Notes under the pieces: generated by a model
Told to the model about the DNA's origin: nothing
Database searches by the model: none
Seen by the model: the letters and a program-made list of their open reading frames with translations, nothing else
NCBI GenBank assembly: GCA_000165425.1
Contig: CT868013.1
Span: 124,001-188,000 of the forward strand
Origin: Paramecium tetraurelia
Taxonomy: Eukaryota
DNA length: 64,000 nucleotides
Reading direction: 5' to 3'
Program-made: the position numbers and the translations under genes
Shown here: one piece after another, positions 13,493 through 26,979 of the stretch
How the letters are laid out: every line of letters begins with the position of its first letter
Numbering within the stretch: position 1 is the first letter of the stretch

Positions 13493-13910
13493 TCACAATC
13501 CCTTGATCTTATCTTCAACAAATTGTTTTTCAGCTTCGCTTACTTCGATTGCAAAATCTCTAACAGCAACAGATGAGCATTTTCTTGATTTGATTTTCTT
13601 AGTTTTGGTCAAAAACTTAGAAATTCCAATCCATTCACCTAGTAAGGCACCTTTTTCTACTTTCCAAACTGGAATTTAGAATTATTTAGCCAAAGCAACA
13701 ACTAATTTTTTATAGGAATCCTCAGAGCAATCATCAGCCAAAACAACAAACTTAGCCTATAATGCATAGCATGATAATTCAAACTTATTTGCTTTCAATG
13801 GCTTTGCATACTTCATGTACACCCTTTGATAATTAACCTCTATGCAATGATGTTTAAACGACTCTCTTTAAAGTAGTGAGTTCTTCTGATAATTATTCGA
13901 CTTCTGCCAT
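13493..13910 (-). CDS. RPS12: 40S ribosomal protein S12 (eS12)
   Basis: MAEVEQ...LSKGVHEVCKAIE...VLADDCSEDSYKKLVVALA...LLGEWIGI...KCSSVAVRDF; one intron. Confidence 0.92.
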
Positions 13911-14027
13911 AATAATAAATATTTTAAATCTTTATTTTAAATTAAAAACAAAAAGAGCATTAGCAATATATGAATAAAAATCAAAAACAATGATTGTAAT
14001 CAAGTTAATTAATTAAATGAAAAATTA

Positions 14028-15417
14028 TCATTTTAAGATAATCTAACAGTTGTTATCCTCAGGAGAGTCATCCTTAACTAACTTAAACTTTAGATCATCT
14101 GAATGTTTGATCTTTACACTCTTAATTATCTTAGGTTCTTCAGGATAGTTCAACTTCAATCTAATTTTTAGTAGCTTTTTCTCTTCCTCCTTTCTTTATT
14201 GCAGTCTCAGAGCCAACTCCTTTTTGGCTTGATCCTATTTGAATTTTTGTATCTCTCTCTTTTGGAGATCAATACATTATTCGATCTTGCTCTGTTGTTT
14301 CTGATAATGAGAATAGAAATGATCATAATCAGCCCTCACTCCATCAAAGACCGAGGCTCGATTGCGATCGACAAGCATCATTTTAACTTTCTTTTTGTTC
14401 TTCTTAGTCCGATCCTAGATAAATAGAGTACGGTCATTGGTGGTGTATATTAATTGTTTATTCTGCTAAAAAACCCCGATTTTAGTATAACTATTTAAAT
14501 TCCAATCGGAAAGCACATTTGGATTTCTGGGCCACATGATCTGCTTATCTTTAATTGCTTGGTACTATTCGTCCATAAATTCTATAACGGCTTGAGAGAT
14601 CATGGGAGTATGGAATTAATAGGCACATTCAATGTCTTAACAGGAATCAAAGATTTTAGATCGATTGTCTTTAATTTCAGTAGGTTCTTCTTCCTTTAAT
14701 GCTACTCGCAAATCTTTAAGCGTATTGAATATTTCTGAGCAATTGTCGAAATTGCTAACAAATTGCTCTTCTTCTTATTTAATTAGTTTTAATTTTAATA
14801 GTTCACGCTGCCTAATTTATTAAATGAGATGAAGGGAAATGATATTTTCATTGTAGATGATTTATCTAGAAATGTCAAACTCAGGAAGCTGAATGTTGAG
14901 TCGTTTCAGTCTTTTTTATTTGTAAGTCTTACTGGGATGGAAGGCAACATTGAATCGACAACTAGTGACCAATATAAAAATGACATTTACTCATCTTCCT
15001 GAGCTCTCATAAACACTCTCAATAAGGGTCTTTGCAATCTCTGGATCTTTGCATTATAATAATCAGCAGGGTAATTCAAGGAATTTAGCAATTCATATTG
15101 TCTCACATAGTTCCGAGTGTTTGATAGGTTATTCCTGATATCCAGTTATTAAATTGCATTTGAATCAATCCCAGCTATGTAATCCTCTTCGTCACAAGAA
15201 TAATCATTCTCGTCAGGATAAACTATATTTGTATGGATGTAGGTTAGAGGAATTTTATGTATTCTTTAAGCCTCATTCTCAACAATCATGTATTTTGGAA
15301 TTTCTATCTATTTCTAGGGAACAGCCTTCAAATATAATGCACTCTCCATACTTTCTGTAGTTCTATATCCCAAACCTCTGACTTCTAAAGTGGCATAGTA
15401 GGATCGCCCTGCCTCAT
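14028..15417 (-). CDS. Hypothetical protein, possibly Enhancer-of-polycomb (EPL1/EPC)-like
   Basis: Frame with IEIPKY...TYIH...DYSCDEEDY...RPLLRVF...FNVAFHP resembles EPC N-terminal motifs. Basic, low-complexity C-terminus; TGA 14028-14030. Start codon uncertain. Confidence 0.45.
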
Positions 15418-16284
15418 TAAATATAAAGATTTAATATTAGCAAATATTTTAAACCAAAACCAAATAAATCAAAGGATGAGTCAACACAAGCCCTCAACTG
15501 TTCACAGAACCTCAATATTATTAATAAAATTCATAACTCAATTGATTTATTTATTTTTTTATTTTATTAATAATCCAATCATCATTTTTTTTTATTACTT
15601 TACATTTCCATATACACTTCATTACTTATTCCTACCCTCCCTTATTGCACTCCTTCTTCCCTTCTCCCCATATCCATATTTTACCGCATCTTGGGTCTTA
15701 ACCATTAAATTCTATGTATCCAAGAATATTGAATGGTTTCATCGACAAAGGCATTTCAAAAAAAAGCAGCCTAAAATAATAGACCCAATACCATGAGGCA
15801 AGAACATACAACTGAGTGGCCAAGTTTTTAGACATAAAATAAGAGAGTTCAGAAATTAAATTTTTTATATATATACCCATTTTTTATATATAAATTCATA
15901 TTTAACAAAATAGACTGAAACTAACCATTTCTTTATTACAACCTCACCATAAAGTTAATGAACCTATATTATAATATTATCAAGTTGTCATATTTGATGA
16001 GTATTTAATAATTGTGATACATCTATTTGAATGGAGGATTCGCATTCCTAAAGTTAAAAAGGATAGAAGATTGAAATTATTCATATTGCTTTTGATTTCA
16101 AACCCTTTCAAAATTAGATAATAGGAAAATGGATTAATTATTATGGAGTTTCAATGGTTTATTATAAATTTATCCATATTAATTTATAGTTACATTTATT
16201 TAACAATGTTTAGATTGAAGTAGAACTTAAAGAAAATATTGTATAATTAATATTTATTAGTATACTCAAATTAATGTATCTAGT

Positions 16285-17176
16285 TCACAAAATAAACACA
16301 ATGTAGATAAAAGCAAAAATAAACAAAATTAAGAAAACCTTTAATATTAACCCTCTATTAGAACTTATTCGTTTATGTGATTCTTATAATTCTTTGCGTC
16401 CTTTACTAACATTCAATTAAGCCTCATCAGTGTATTTGTCAATTCTCTCAATCATGGTCTCTTATAGTCTCACCATGGTTCCCACTCTTTGGAATACTCC
16501 GGCAATATCATTCAACATAGATTCGATTTTCTGCATGGAAACCAATTTCTCCTCATTCTACTTTTATTCGAACATTTAGATCGTTTAATGATTGGCCTCC
16601 TCTTCAGTCTCATTCAATTTTTAGTATTTTTGATTAAACCCAACTCTCTTGATTACTCTATCCCTTTCTCCATTCAATCGATTCCTTTTCTCTTCCTATT
16701 ATTTAATCCTTTAGGTATGGCTCTGCACCAACTATAAATTCAATCCTAAACTCAAATACCTTTTTGAAGGAATCAGATGTTTTTAAGGCTTTTTGCTGAA
16801 CAAAATCAAAGATTGATTAATGGAGATCATTATTCAATTGGGTTTTCAGTTGATTTATATGGATATGTATTTAACCAATGTCATCCTTAACTTAGGAGAG
16901 AATTGTGTTCAATTTGTAATCTTAGTCATTAAATAGCCCAGTCGATTGAGATGCTTAAATAATAGGATCAATATATACTAGTATGGAATTCCTGGAGTCT
17001 CTCATTGGCTGTATCTACTTTCTCCTTGGCAAGTTTAGCTGTAAGTAGAAATTCTAATTAAAATAAAGATCCTTGGTACAATTTGGTTATTCTCTTTTGA
17101 TCGCAACAAGTTTAATGTGTACTTTGGATAGAAATTTCTGAGTGATATCTGTGTATTGGGAACTTACAATTTCCAT
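16285..17176 (-). CDS. Syntaxin 5 / Sed5-type Qa-SNARE
   Basis: N-terminal DITQKF (Sed5 RDRTxEF-like). SNARE motif MQKIESMLNDIAGVFQRVGTMVRLQETMIERIDKYTDEAQLNVSKGRKEL, then SSNRGLILKVFLILFIFAFIYIVFIL-stop (tail anchor). Confidence 0.88.
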
Positions 17177-17250
17177 AACGTGGCAATTTATAATTTCTTA
17201 CTTTTATTTAATTATAATTCTAAAAGAACATCAATCGAATCAAAATTTTG

Positions 17251-17926
17251 TCACTTATAAATTAGAATAAAAAGTAAATCTATTAAATACAACGAGAAGC
17301 CTAACTAAACTAAGACAAACCAATAAATTTTAATGTGCTATCCATCTTTTCATAAATCAGTCATTCTACTTTGTTATCCGACTCTCTTAATATGGTGTTC
17401 CTTATACTTGTCTTTTCCTATAGAATATTCAAAAATGGGTTTACTATTAAAACTGGCCATGTTCATTGTACTAGAATCCTCTGGATGACTATAACCGACC
17501 ATGCATTGATATCTATTATGGTGAGAATCATGAGGAACCCAACCAAATTCTTCATATTGATTTCTGAACAATTCTTCTTGAACATTCGAAGCTAAGGCAT
17601 CCTTCATTCTCATTCATAAGAATTCCTCATTTTTGTTTGGGAATAGATTCCTAATTTATAATCAAAAATGATACATCAATAATAAGGAACCATATAAGAG
17701 TACACAAATGGCGAATATAAACCCCACACATTAAGTAAATCCACATGGCTAAGGCACCCTAGGTATTGGTTAAATTTTACATCTGAGTTCAAGGTATATT
17801 CTTACAAATCTCTTTAGGCTTCGTATGTGTTAAATGAAGGAATCTGTGAGAAGTACTTTTGGGTAGATACCAATCATGTTGGCGAAGGCTGGCAAATCAT
17901 AAAAGATATCATATACTTTGACTCAT
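17251..17926 (-). pseudogene. Small hypothetical membrane-protein gene with apparent in-frame TGA (disrupted gene or sequence error)
   Basis: Typical short introns present. Reading NLFPNKNEEFL-TGA-MRMKDALASNVQEELFRNQYEEFGWVPHD; upstream exons cannot be joined in one frame by hand. Confidence 0.4.
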
Positions 17927-18488
17927 TTAAAAAAGATTAATTTCACCTATAATTGTACATTATAAAATGGGCCTAACAAGATCCTTTAAATATAATTATA
18001 ATTTTTCCCTTAAAACAAAGAAATAAAGAAGATACTGACCTAATTTTTTGGATTTTCAACTGATAGACTTAGTTTGTTAAAGTACAGGATTGCAATCCTA
18101 ACGTATTCCAATAAAATACTCCACAAAAATTAATATCCAAATAGAATTTAATTTCTTCAAAATTGTATTCAATTAGTTTGACATCCCTTTCGGTATTTTA
18201 GTAACAATTAAATTTCATCCATTATAAAAAGTGATCTTAAGGGATGGGAAATTCTCCAGAACACCAAGTTTGTAATATTAATAAAAATATTTAGATGATT
18301 TTAAAATTGCTATAATAATTCACAAATGTTGGTAATAATTAATTTGATGCACCAAAAACCCTTAATATAGAACTAAGTGTAGTTAGATGACTCTCATTTC
18401 ATTATCTGTTGAAAAGTAGTACAATTCAATAAAATACTTAAATAAAATAAGTAGCTTTAAATTAAATAATTATATTTAATGTATCAAT

Positions 18489-21400
18489 TCAATCTCTCAT
18501 CGTAAATGCTGGAAGTTCCAAAGATAAGATTGCTGATTGATTAAAATGCAATGTCCAGATCTTCACTATAAACAGATTCAATTAAAAACCCTTTCTAACT
18601 AAGTCTACATAAGTCATATAATTCATCTAGACAATCAGGCTTCAAACTCAAGCCTATGCCAATAACAATCAATGAAATCTAAGGTCTCTTACTCGTAAAT
18701 TTCTTCATCCTCTCATATGTGATATTGCTCAAGTTATCCTCTCCATCGCATAACACAACTATCCATTGTTGATTGTCTTTCTTTACTGCCTTTTCGTGTA
18801 TTGAATAAGCATGTAATACAGCTGATAACATGGCAGTCATTCCCTCTGCCCTAATGTTCTTAGATCTCTCAATTGCACTTCTCAAATAGGCTGTATTCTC
18901 TGATTTAGAAGTTAAATCGAAAATAACCTCAATGTTTTGATTGAAACGCATATAACTGATTCTGTCTTAATCCTGAAGATAATTGTCAAAGATTTTGAGA
19001 ATGCCACTATTGATATATTGTAAGTAAAATACTTGATAGCCAATTCTTTCTTGATATTCTCCATGGAACCAGAATGATCAATTACAAATACAATGTCATT
19101 GTTTTTCTTGATCTCATTTAATTCTAACAGTTACTCTATCTTTGGTACTTTATAAAGTAGATTCTGTGATTAGAATATTTCCTTTAATTATTTGAGACAA
19201 TTAATTCTAATTTCTGGATCATAAAACTTACTAGTTTCTAAACATTCAGTAAAGATGAATGCTGCCTTTTTGATGCTATCATATCTCTTAATAAATAATC
19301 CCTTCTCATACAAAATCCTCTATTTCAAAATACCTGGAGGAATGGGGAAAGAATCATTTACCTAAGCATCAGATCTGTCATACGAATTCTCATATTTATC
19401 TGATAGTTACTCCGCATTCGAAATCTCAGCCAATGCAGAGTTGGAATCCTCTAAATTCAGTAAGACTTTGCATTATAAGATATGACTTATGATTTATCTG
19501 TATAATAAACCTTTATTATCCTTTTGATCCAGAGACAATGTAATATTCAAGCATTCCAAACTCTCCTTATACAATTATCTCTTCTCCTCGATACTCAAAC
19601 TCTAGTTGTTGTCAGCATATTCACTAAGTATATATTCTCAATTACATCAGTACATTAGCTAAAGAGAAGTTCCTACTTGAATAGATATCTTCTAATTGGG
19701 ATGTCTAGATCTCTCTCTCTATCATTGAAACCCTTTTACTACCAGATTGTGAGAATCTGGATTCACCTGAAATATCTATACTGATTCCCTTTTGTAATCG
19801 CTTTACTTCAAGTAATTTGATATCTCCTAAAAGCATCTATATATTATCTATCTATACTCTTAAATCGTCTTCACATAGTGCAATGGATTCTCTATAGCAT
19901 TGAATTGCTTCGATGTATCTTTGTTGTCTTCTGTGAATGTTACCAATATTGTTCAAGATCATTCCCATCCCTTTGTTGCTTTTCATCTTTTGGAACAGCG
20001 CTTTCCCTTGAGCATATTTAATCAATAAAGATGTATCATCTCCTTCGAAGTACCGGTCATTAGAGAAGTTCAATACTGTCACTAATTAATCCAAGGCATC
20101 ATATAGAAGATTGACTTCCAGAGAGCTTTATCTAAAGTTCGAGTAAATCTGGATTGCTAAGGTATCTTATGCAATCTATTGTTTTAAATTGTCATACATA
20201 CCAATTCAAGTTTATGAGTCAAATCATTAATGGGTTTGGAAACACTCTGGATAATCCTATATGATATGTACCAGGCTATGACGCACATGATTACTGCTAA
20301 GGGGATGGCAATTGTCATAATGTTCACAAATGTCTCGTTTTGTATTCCACTTGAAAACTATTCAAAAAATATTGATAAAAAGATTACAAAATCCAGAAAT
20401 TGTTTGTAGTAATCAATATCATATTGTATCAATATGCTACTCAATTAAAATAAAGGGTTTATAGAATCATTAATAAATGTTTCTTATTCATTTTACAATA
20501 TTTGTTTCATAGTTGACACATTAGACTTGACTGAACTTACTAATTAAATATATTGAGCTTCTTAATTGGGATAAACGATATCATAAAATAATTTTAGAAA
20601 TTAGTCTGAATTTTAGTTTGAGTTGTTAAATACAACATCTATCAAATTTGGAAATCCATAATTTTTTACGATAGATCCATTCACATATTAGGTGACAGTA
20701 TTAGTAGTAAAAATGTTTAAATTCTGATTACAAAAGAAAGAATAAATTTCACCCTGATACTCAATATTTTAATATAGATTATTAACAAACACCTACTGAC
20801 CTAATGCGTTAATTCCTAAACAAACGATTCCCATAAAATTGTTATCACTCCCTAAAAGAGACACACAACTTTCCAAATCAGTTTCAGAAGTCGGTTCAAT
20901 TAAGAAGGCTGTATGCATATTTGATTAGTTGAATGACTTTTTCATCTGCTGTAAGGGAGACTTAGAATAGAGGTCATCGTTTTCAACAAATGGATATTAA
21001 ACAAACATTTGATTTGCAAAATGATAGTAAATATAATTCAATTAGAAATTACTATTATAAAGAATTTGTAAAATCTGAAAGGTTTAAGCAATTTATTACA
21101 ATTACGAATATTGTTCTACACTTAAATCACCCAATTATGGATTGAAAGTCATTAAATTATTTACATCCACTAATCCCCATCCTATACAATATAAACATTG
21201 TTCTGTATTTTTATCATAATTAGGTATAAATTAAGATGACGTTGAGAGCGGAACTATTTAAGGTACTTAAAGGGAATAGAGATCTAGATATTGAGACTCC
21301 TATTATAGAGTCCAGAACGAATGAATAATCTATGTTCTAATTGTGGAAATAGTTTGAAATATAGATTATTAAGAGTTTCCCAATAATGTGGTTAATGCTA

Positions 21401-21646
21401 GGTGCATAAATTAGTTGTACATGTTTAATAAATATATTGTTGTTAGGCTAAACTATTTGCTCCTTGATTTGCCCAATATTCAGAAAGTAACAAAATAATC
21501 AAAATGGAAAAGAGGGTTGTTAATAGGATTCCAAACATCAAAGGTACTAATACTGTTATTAATATCTTATGAAGTTTATTTGATTTTTGTGATTTTCTTT
21601 TGAATTTGAATTTGTCCTCTTTCTTTGAATGAACTTTCCTTTTCAT
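18489..21646 (-). CDS. Membrane receptor-like protein: TM-Cache-like ectodomain-TM-HAMP-TPR-vWA
   Basis: TM1 ILITVLVPLMFGILLTTLFSILIILL; ectodomain ending SLLGSDNNFMGIVCLGIN; TM2 IMTIAIPLAVIMCVIAWYIS; HAMP SVSKPINDLTHKL...LEVNLLYDALDQL; TPR GMILNNIGNIHRRQQRYIEAIQCYRESI; vWA DIVFVIDHSGSME...T...WIVVLCDGEDN. Confidence 0.8.
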
Positions 21647-21696
21647 TACAATATTATTATTAAATTATTTATTCACACAAACATAAACAAGGATAA

Positions 21697-23715
21697 TCAA
21701 TCTTGTTAATCGATATTTGAAATAAAACTAATATCTTAATCAAGCATTTATTTCTTGCTCTTATTACCATCAATTTAAGAAACGTCAACACTGAATAAAT
21801 CAAAATGCTCGGATTGCTATTTCCTTTTGCAAGTCAATTGACCCAATAATTACTAGATTTCATTTTTGGTCTAAAACTGGTAGAATATATAATTACAATG
21901 GCCACAACTGATTATTTCGGGGGTTTGGTAAAATTGACCTGACTCTCATTTGAAAAATAAGAAAATGGATTACTGTAAGATCTTTTCTATCTTTTTATTT
22001 ATGACAAAGGATCTTCCATCTATTTAATTAATTGTTTCTTCTTTACGTTACTTATCTATAAATTTAAGTGATATCATACATCAAAATGTTAAAAGAATTC
22101 ACTGGACATTGACATAATGAAATTAACGCATTCTTCTCTAGTCATATCATAGTATGAGGTCTTCTTCTGCTGCATTTGATTTCTAACAAGAGGTTTAGAG
22201 TCAGCTCTTGCTGTTTAACAATAAGGAGCCTACTCAAAATTATCATCTGTATTAATCTCTAATTCTTTTAATTAGAGCTTCTTCATTTGAACTTGAGGAA
22301 GCACTTGATGAATTTGTTTTTGATTTGAATTGTTTAATTGGACTGAGATATTTTCTTTTGGTTCTGTATCATCCAATTTACCATCAAAATTCGATAATTA
22401 CTAGGAGTGCCTGGCGAAATAGGATGGTTAAGTGTTGACTCGTTCATTATTGATTCTAGGACTAAATATGCCAACAGCTATATCTTATTCTTGATTCAGC
22501 TATATAGAATTGAATTATTTTCTAGTTTTGAGTTATTCCATATAATTTTAATTTTGTTTCTTGTAAAATTGCAATTCTGCCATCAATTACTCATTCTTTT
22601 AATCTTTCAATTGATTTGAACGTATTAATAATTCATTGTTGTCTTGAATCTAATCATATTTCTTGACTAATTCATTATGCAATTTGCTAATATATATATA
22701 ATTATTTTTTTCCTTTTCAAATAACTCTTTGAATCCTTTAACCATCATTTCCATCTTATGCAACTTCTCTTGATAAATCATCCTTTCATTTTTGCTCAGA
22801 TACTTCAATTGCTATGGTTCTGGAGAAAACCCATAGCCTAAACTTGCTGGTTCCATACAAGTTCTTAATGCATTTGTTCTAGTCTACCTCTTTAATTTTG
22901 TAACTCCTTGTTCAATTCAAGATTGTTATCTGTTTTATCGAGATATTCATTATACACAAAATCTAGAATATGAAGACTTGATACCCTTCATATTTTAATA
23001 GGTCACCTAACTTCTCAGTACAATTCTCATTTTGAATATTTCCCTTTTCAGGTGATAATTGACTTCTCTCAAGGCATTGTTGCTTTCTGAAACACTCTGA
23101 GCTTCCGCTGTAATTTTCTGCAAGACTCCTCTGACACTTTCCAACTCTTCATGCAATTTCAGATTTTATTCTGAAGGTGTCACCACCTCTATAAGTTTAA
23201 CTAATTGACCTTCCTTCTCCTAAATTGGCTTCATTCGTTCTAACTCCTATATGGCATATTCCTTATCGTGAATGTTACGCTTCAATTCAATTAGCTTATA
23301 TTCTAAATCACTAATCAAATCTTTGTAATAATTTGTTTGCTCCTCAGCAATCTACTCCTATAACAGTATTTTGGTTTTGCAACTGACTACTCACTTTTTA
23401 TTGTTTGGTTAAGGCCTCCATTAATTTCTTATTCTCCTCATTTAAGAGCTTTAGCCAATTCGGGATTTGAAGCTTTACTCACTTGAAAGCGTGCTTGCCG
23501 TCCTTTGTTTGCTTTGAAATCATTAATTTAAAAGTGTTACCTTAGGCCTATTGTTGTCCAAAGCCAAAGTCATCGCCTGCTTATTTAATTTCAATGAATT
23601 CTCTAAATCGGTGATGTAATCTTATAGCAAAGCTTATTCTCCTGAGAGAGAGGTAGTGTATTTTCGATTACTGACGATTCGTCACAAACTCGTTTACCTC
23701 TGTGCCCAATATCAT
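21697..23715 (-). CDS. Coiled-coil hypothetical protein
   Basis: Long Q/E/K/L-rich frame (ALLQDYITDLENSLKLNKQAM...) with several short introns; TGA 21697-21699. Start approximate. Confidence 0.6.
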
Positions 23716-23876
23716 TAATAAATAATATTGAGAAATTATTGTTATAAATTATAAATTGAATGAAAATACTTAAGTAAATGATCACTCATTTTTATGTATA
23801 AATTATAATTCAATTCTGAAGATTATGAATAATGAGAAAATTTATAAATATTTTTAACGAATAGAATATTAAAATT

Positions 23877-24642
23877 ATGCCTCAAGAGTCGATCGAAATA
23901 TAAATGTTAAAACAACAAGTTTAGTTATTACAATAAGAACTTCAATAAATTCATTAATATGGCAATATACGCATTCTTTGGAATAATATATTCTCAAAGT
24001 TGGAAACCATCACATTCACATCTCAACAACCTCTCAAAATCTATTAGCAGTTGATGTTTCGACAAAGCATATCTCAAGATCAAATCAAACCAGAGCATCT
24101 CTCACAAGATGCAGAATGTCAGACTCAAGATGATTAAATTAAATTCAATGTACAAGACACAATCAAATCCTGCATTTCATCAATCAAAATCGATCTGAAA
24201 ACACAATAGGAAAAGTACCTGCAGGATAATTTAAATTAGATTGAGTAATGCTTGGAAAATATTCTCAACTATTCAAAACACAAGTAAACTAAACCAAACC
24301 AAAAAATAAGATCATCCATTAATTCATCTCTTTTCGATACCAACTACCATCATTAACTTGTCTACCAAAGAAAACTACATCGCAAAACCCATAAGTAACT
24401 TAGAATATGAACTTAAGGTATGAATACAATATCATTCTTAGGATAGTTAAATTAATGATCTAAAAAAACAGAATTAAGCTCTAAAATAAGATATCCAAAA
24501 ACTATAACTGATTTAAAATTAATTAAGCACTTAATTGGAGGAGAAGGAAGCAAAATTGAAACTTCTAAATTTTATGGTCTTGAACCATCAACAATAAAAA
24601 TCAGAATTTGGATTTCCATAATATGATAATTTTAGATTATGA
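23877..24642 (+). CDS. Coiled-coil hypothetical protein
   Basis: MPQESIEIQMLKQQVQLLQQELQQIHQY... with short introns, TGA 24640-24642. Confidence 0.55.
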
Positions 24643-24669
24643 ATAAAATTCAACTAAATACATACAGCA

Positions 24670-26519
24670 TCATTCCTCAATTAAATTCAGTAACTATCAA
24701 ATTATTAATTATTTCTAATTCTTTTTAATAATCCACATATGTCTTCATCTTTCATTGTAATTTCTAACCATTACTGTTTATATTTAATATTATTAATATA
24801 TCCAAATAATCCTTTAAATAGAGCTTTGATTAATCCGCCTTAGCTTAAATTGTGAGAATTCATATTTAAATTAATTAAACTCTTATTTAAACAAGACTGT
24901 GTTTTCCTTAAATTTCAGTTGGTTAATGAAATCATAATCACTAATTGCTACACAGTAAAGTTAGCATTTTGGACTTAGATTTCAGTGATTAAGACTCAAA
25001 TATAGGTAAGATTATAAGCTGTTTTGTAACATAATTAAAATTATTAGAATATGGGAATAAAAGCAGCGAATTAAAAAAGTTCTGTGTTTTATTATTTATT
25101 ATAAAATCATTGCTACTTTTGCTAGAATTGAGGAACGATTTCATCTTCTGATGATGATAGAATTTGATTTTTGCACATAGTTTCTGGGCCTGTGGAACTA
25201 TTGCTACTGGTTGATGAACAAGATTGAGTTTATTTATATTGCAAGTATAGTTTAAATGTAACGTTTTGGAACATCTTGTCAAAGTTGTCAAATAAAACTT
25301 TTAGGAACCTCACAGATTGACCTACCTGTTCTAAAGATGAAATGTCATTGGTTTGAGCTCTCATAAAGCAAGGGGCAAATACAATTGCCAAGTTGTTCAT
25401 ATTCATGTGATTAAACTCAGAATAATTGCCAACACATAACAGAAAGCTCACCATAACTGTCAACAACACTCTATTTAGACTAGGCAACTTGCCAAATACT
25501 TCTTCAAGTAGGACAATCTCAGTTTGAGGAGTTATTTCTAATAATTTTTTAATAGCAACTTACATACTATCTAATTACAAATAAATTTTAAAGTGTTTTA
25601 TGGAATTAACGGATCTGGGAGTGAAGTGAAGAATTTCTTGATCATACTACAAACAATTCGGACATCCTCAACAACATTCAAACATTCATAATTCTCATTA
25701 TTCAACAATGTGTAGAGTTGTTCCTCCTCATTTATTGATCCTTATTTTCTGAATATGTCTGGTTTTAGAAATCTATCTGCATTCGTTACAAAGTAGGAGA
25801 GCAGACAATCAAGAATTACAGGGATTCCAAATTGATTTAATTTTTAGTTGGTCAAATTTGAACCAAAAGAACCTCCTGTTTATTTAACTAATTAGGCTGG
25901 CTCCATTTAATCAATGGACGAAGTTTGATTCGGGACCAGATTCATCCAACTGGCTTGAAAATTGGGTATTTCTAACAGATCTTCTACTCTTACAATAAGT
26001 TTAAGCATACTCATAAATATATTTGGTTTTCTTCTGCCACAGACTCCATCTCTTTGAAGTTTGAAGCCACAGGCGAGTTCTGATTAACAAACTTGCCTGA
26101 AATAAGTAAAGGTATTTGAGGTGAGTGTAGTATTTGCTGGGAAGTTATTTCAAAATCTTGCGAAATCTTGACAACTCATTGAGTCCATTATGTTTTGCCA
26201 CTATATATACAATGGTATAAGTACTAATTATATTGCCATCAAATACTTTTGATCTATTTTATTATCTAAACTATTTATAGTGTGATAAGTGATCCTAGTA
26301 TTGTCAAACTGATCTTAAATATTCCCATTAAATAGAAAGCATACATTTTATTATTCAACACCTACACTCCAGATCTAAAATACCTGAAATTTATAAAAAG
26401 TTGCTTTTTTCGATATCAGACAAATTTGTGTATTTAGCTATTTGTAATTTGTTTTGGTAATCCTAATCCAATTATGGCTAATATTTTTATAGTGCCTATT
26501 TAACATCTTTCGTATTCAT
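24670..26519 (-). CDS. RhoGAP with N-terminal BCH/CRAL-TRIO-like domain (ARHGAP1-like architecture)
   Basis: RhoGAP motifs FGIPVILDCLL...DIFRK and NHMNMNNLAIVFAPCFMR. Upstream LKQLPSKYYTHLKYLYLF resembles a BCH domain. Confidence 0.8.
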
Positions 26520-26979
26520 TATTATATATATATATTTCTTGATTTACTTAATATATTTATAAATGATTCAATATTCATTTCCCCAACCTCATAGCAATCT
26601 TAAATCAACAACCCAACTTCTTCTATTAACTCACTATTTCAAAATTAATTTCTTCTCACACTACCCTACAAACCAAATATCAAACCATATGAATTTATGA
26701 TATCATAGCTCTCTAATCTAAGTTTGCTCTGAGAATCCTTCTCTCCTAACTGCCGAATCTTCATAAAGTAGTCACAAAATCCACATTCATTACTAAACAA
26801 ATCCAAATTATAATTTTTATTATTACGTCATTTGGGTCATCCTCATTCCTCTTCCTAATTGATTTGTACATTTATGTAGAGAATAATGTTACTAAATTGC
26901 TATTGCTCATATTGTATCAATTGGTTCAACTCTTAGAATTATTATAAAAAAACAATAAAGTTGATGATGTATAACAATA

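Noticed and set aside
15476..16100. Track ORFs 15476-15796 and 15698-15880 and a CT-rich stretch
   Set aside because: No coherent gene model or homology; possibly a decayed gene.
26580..26910. Possible small minus-strand gene
   Set aside because: Frames interrupted by TGA; no motif.
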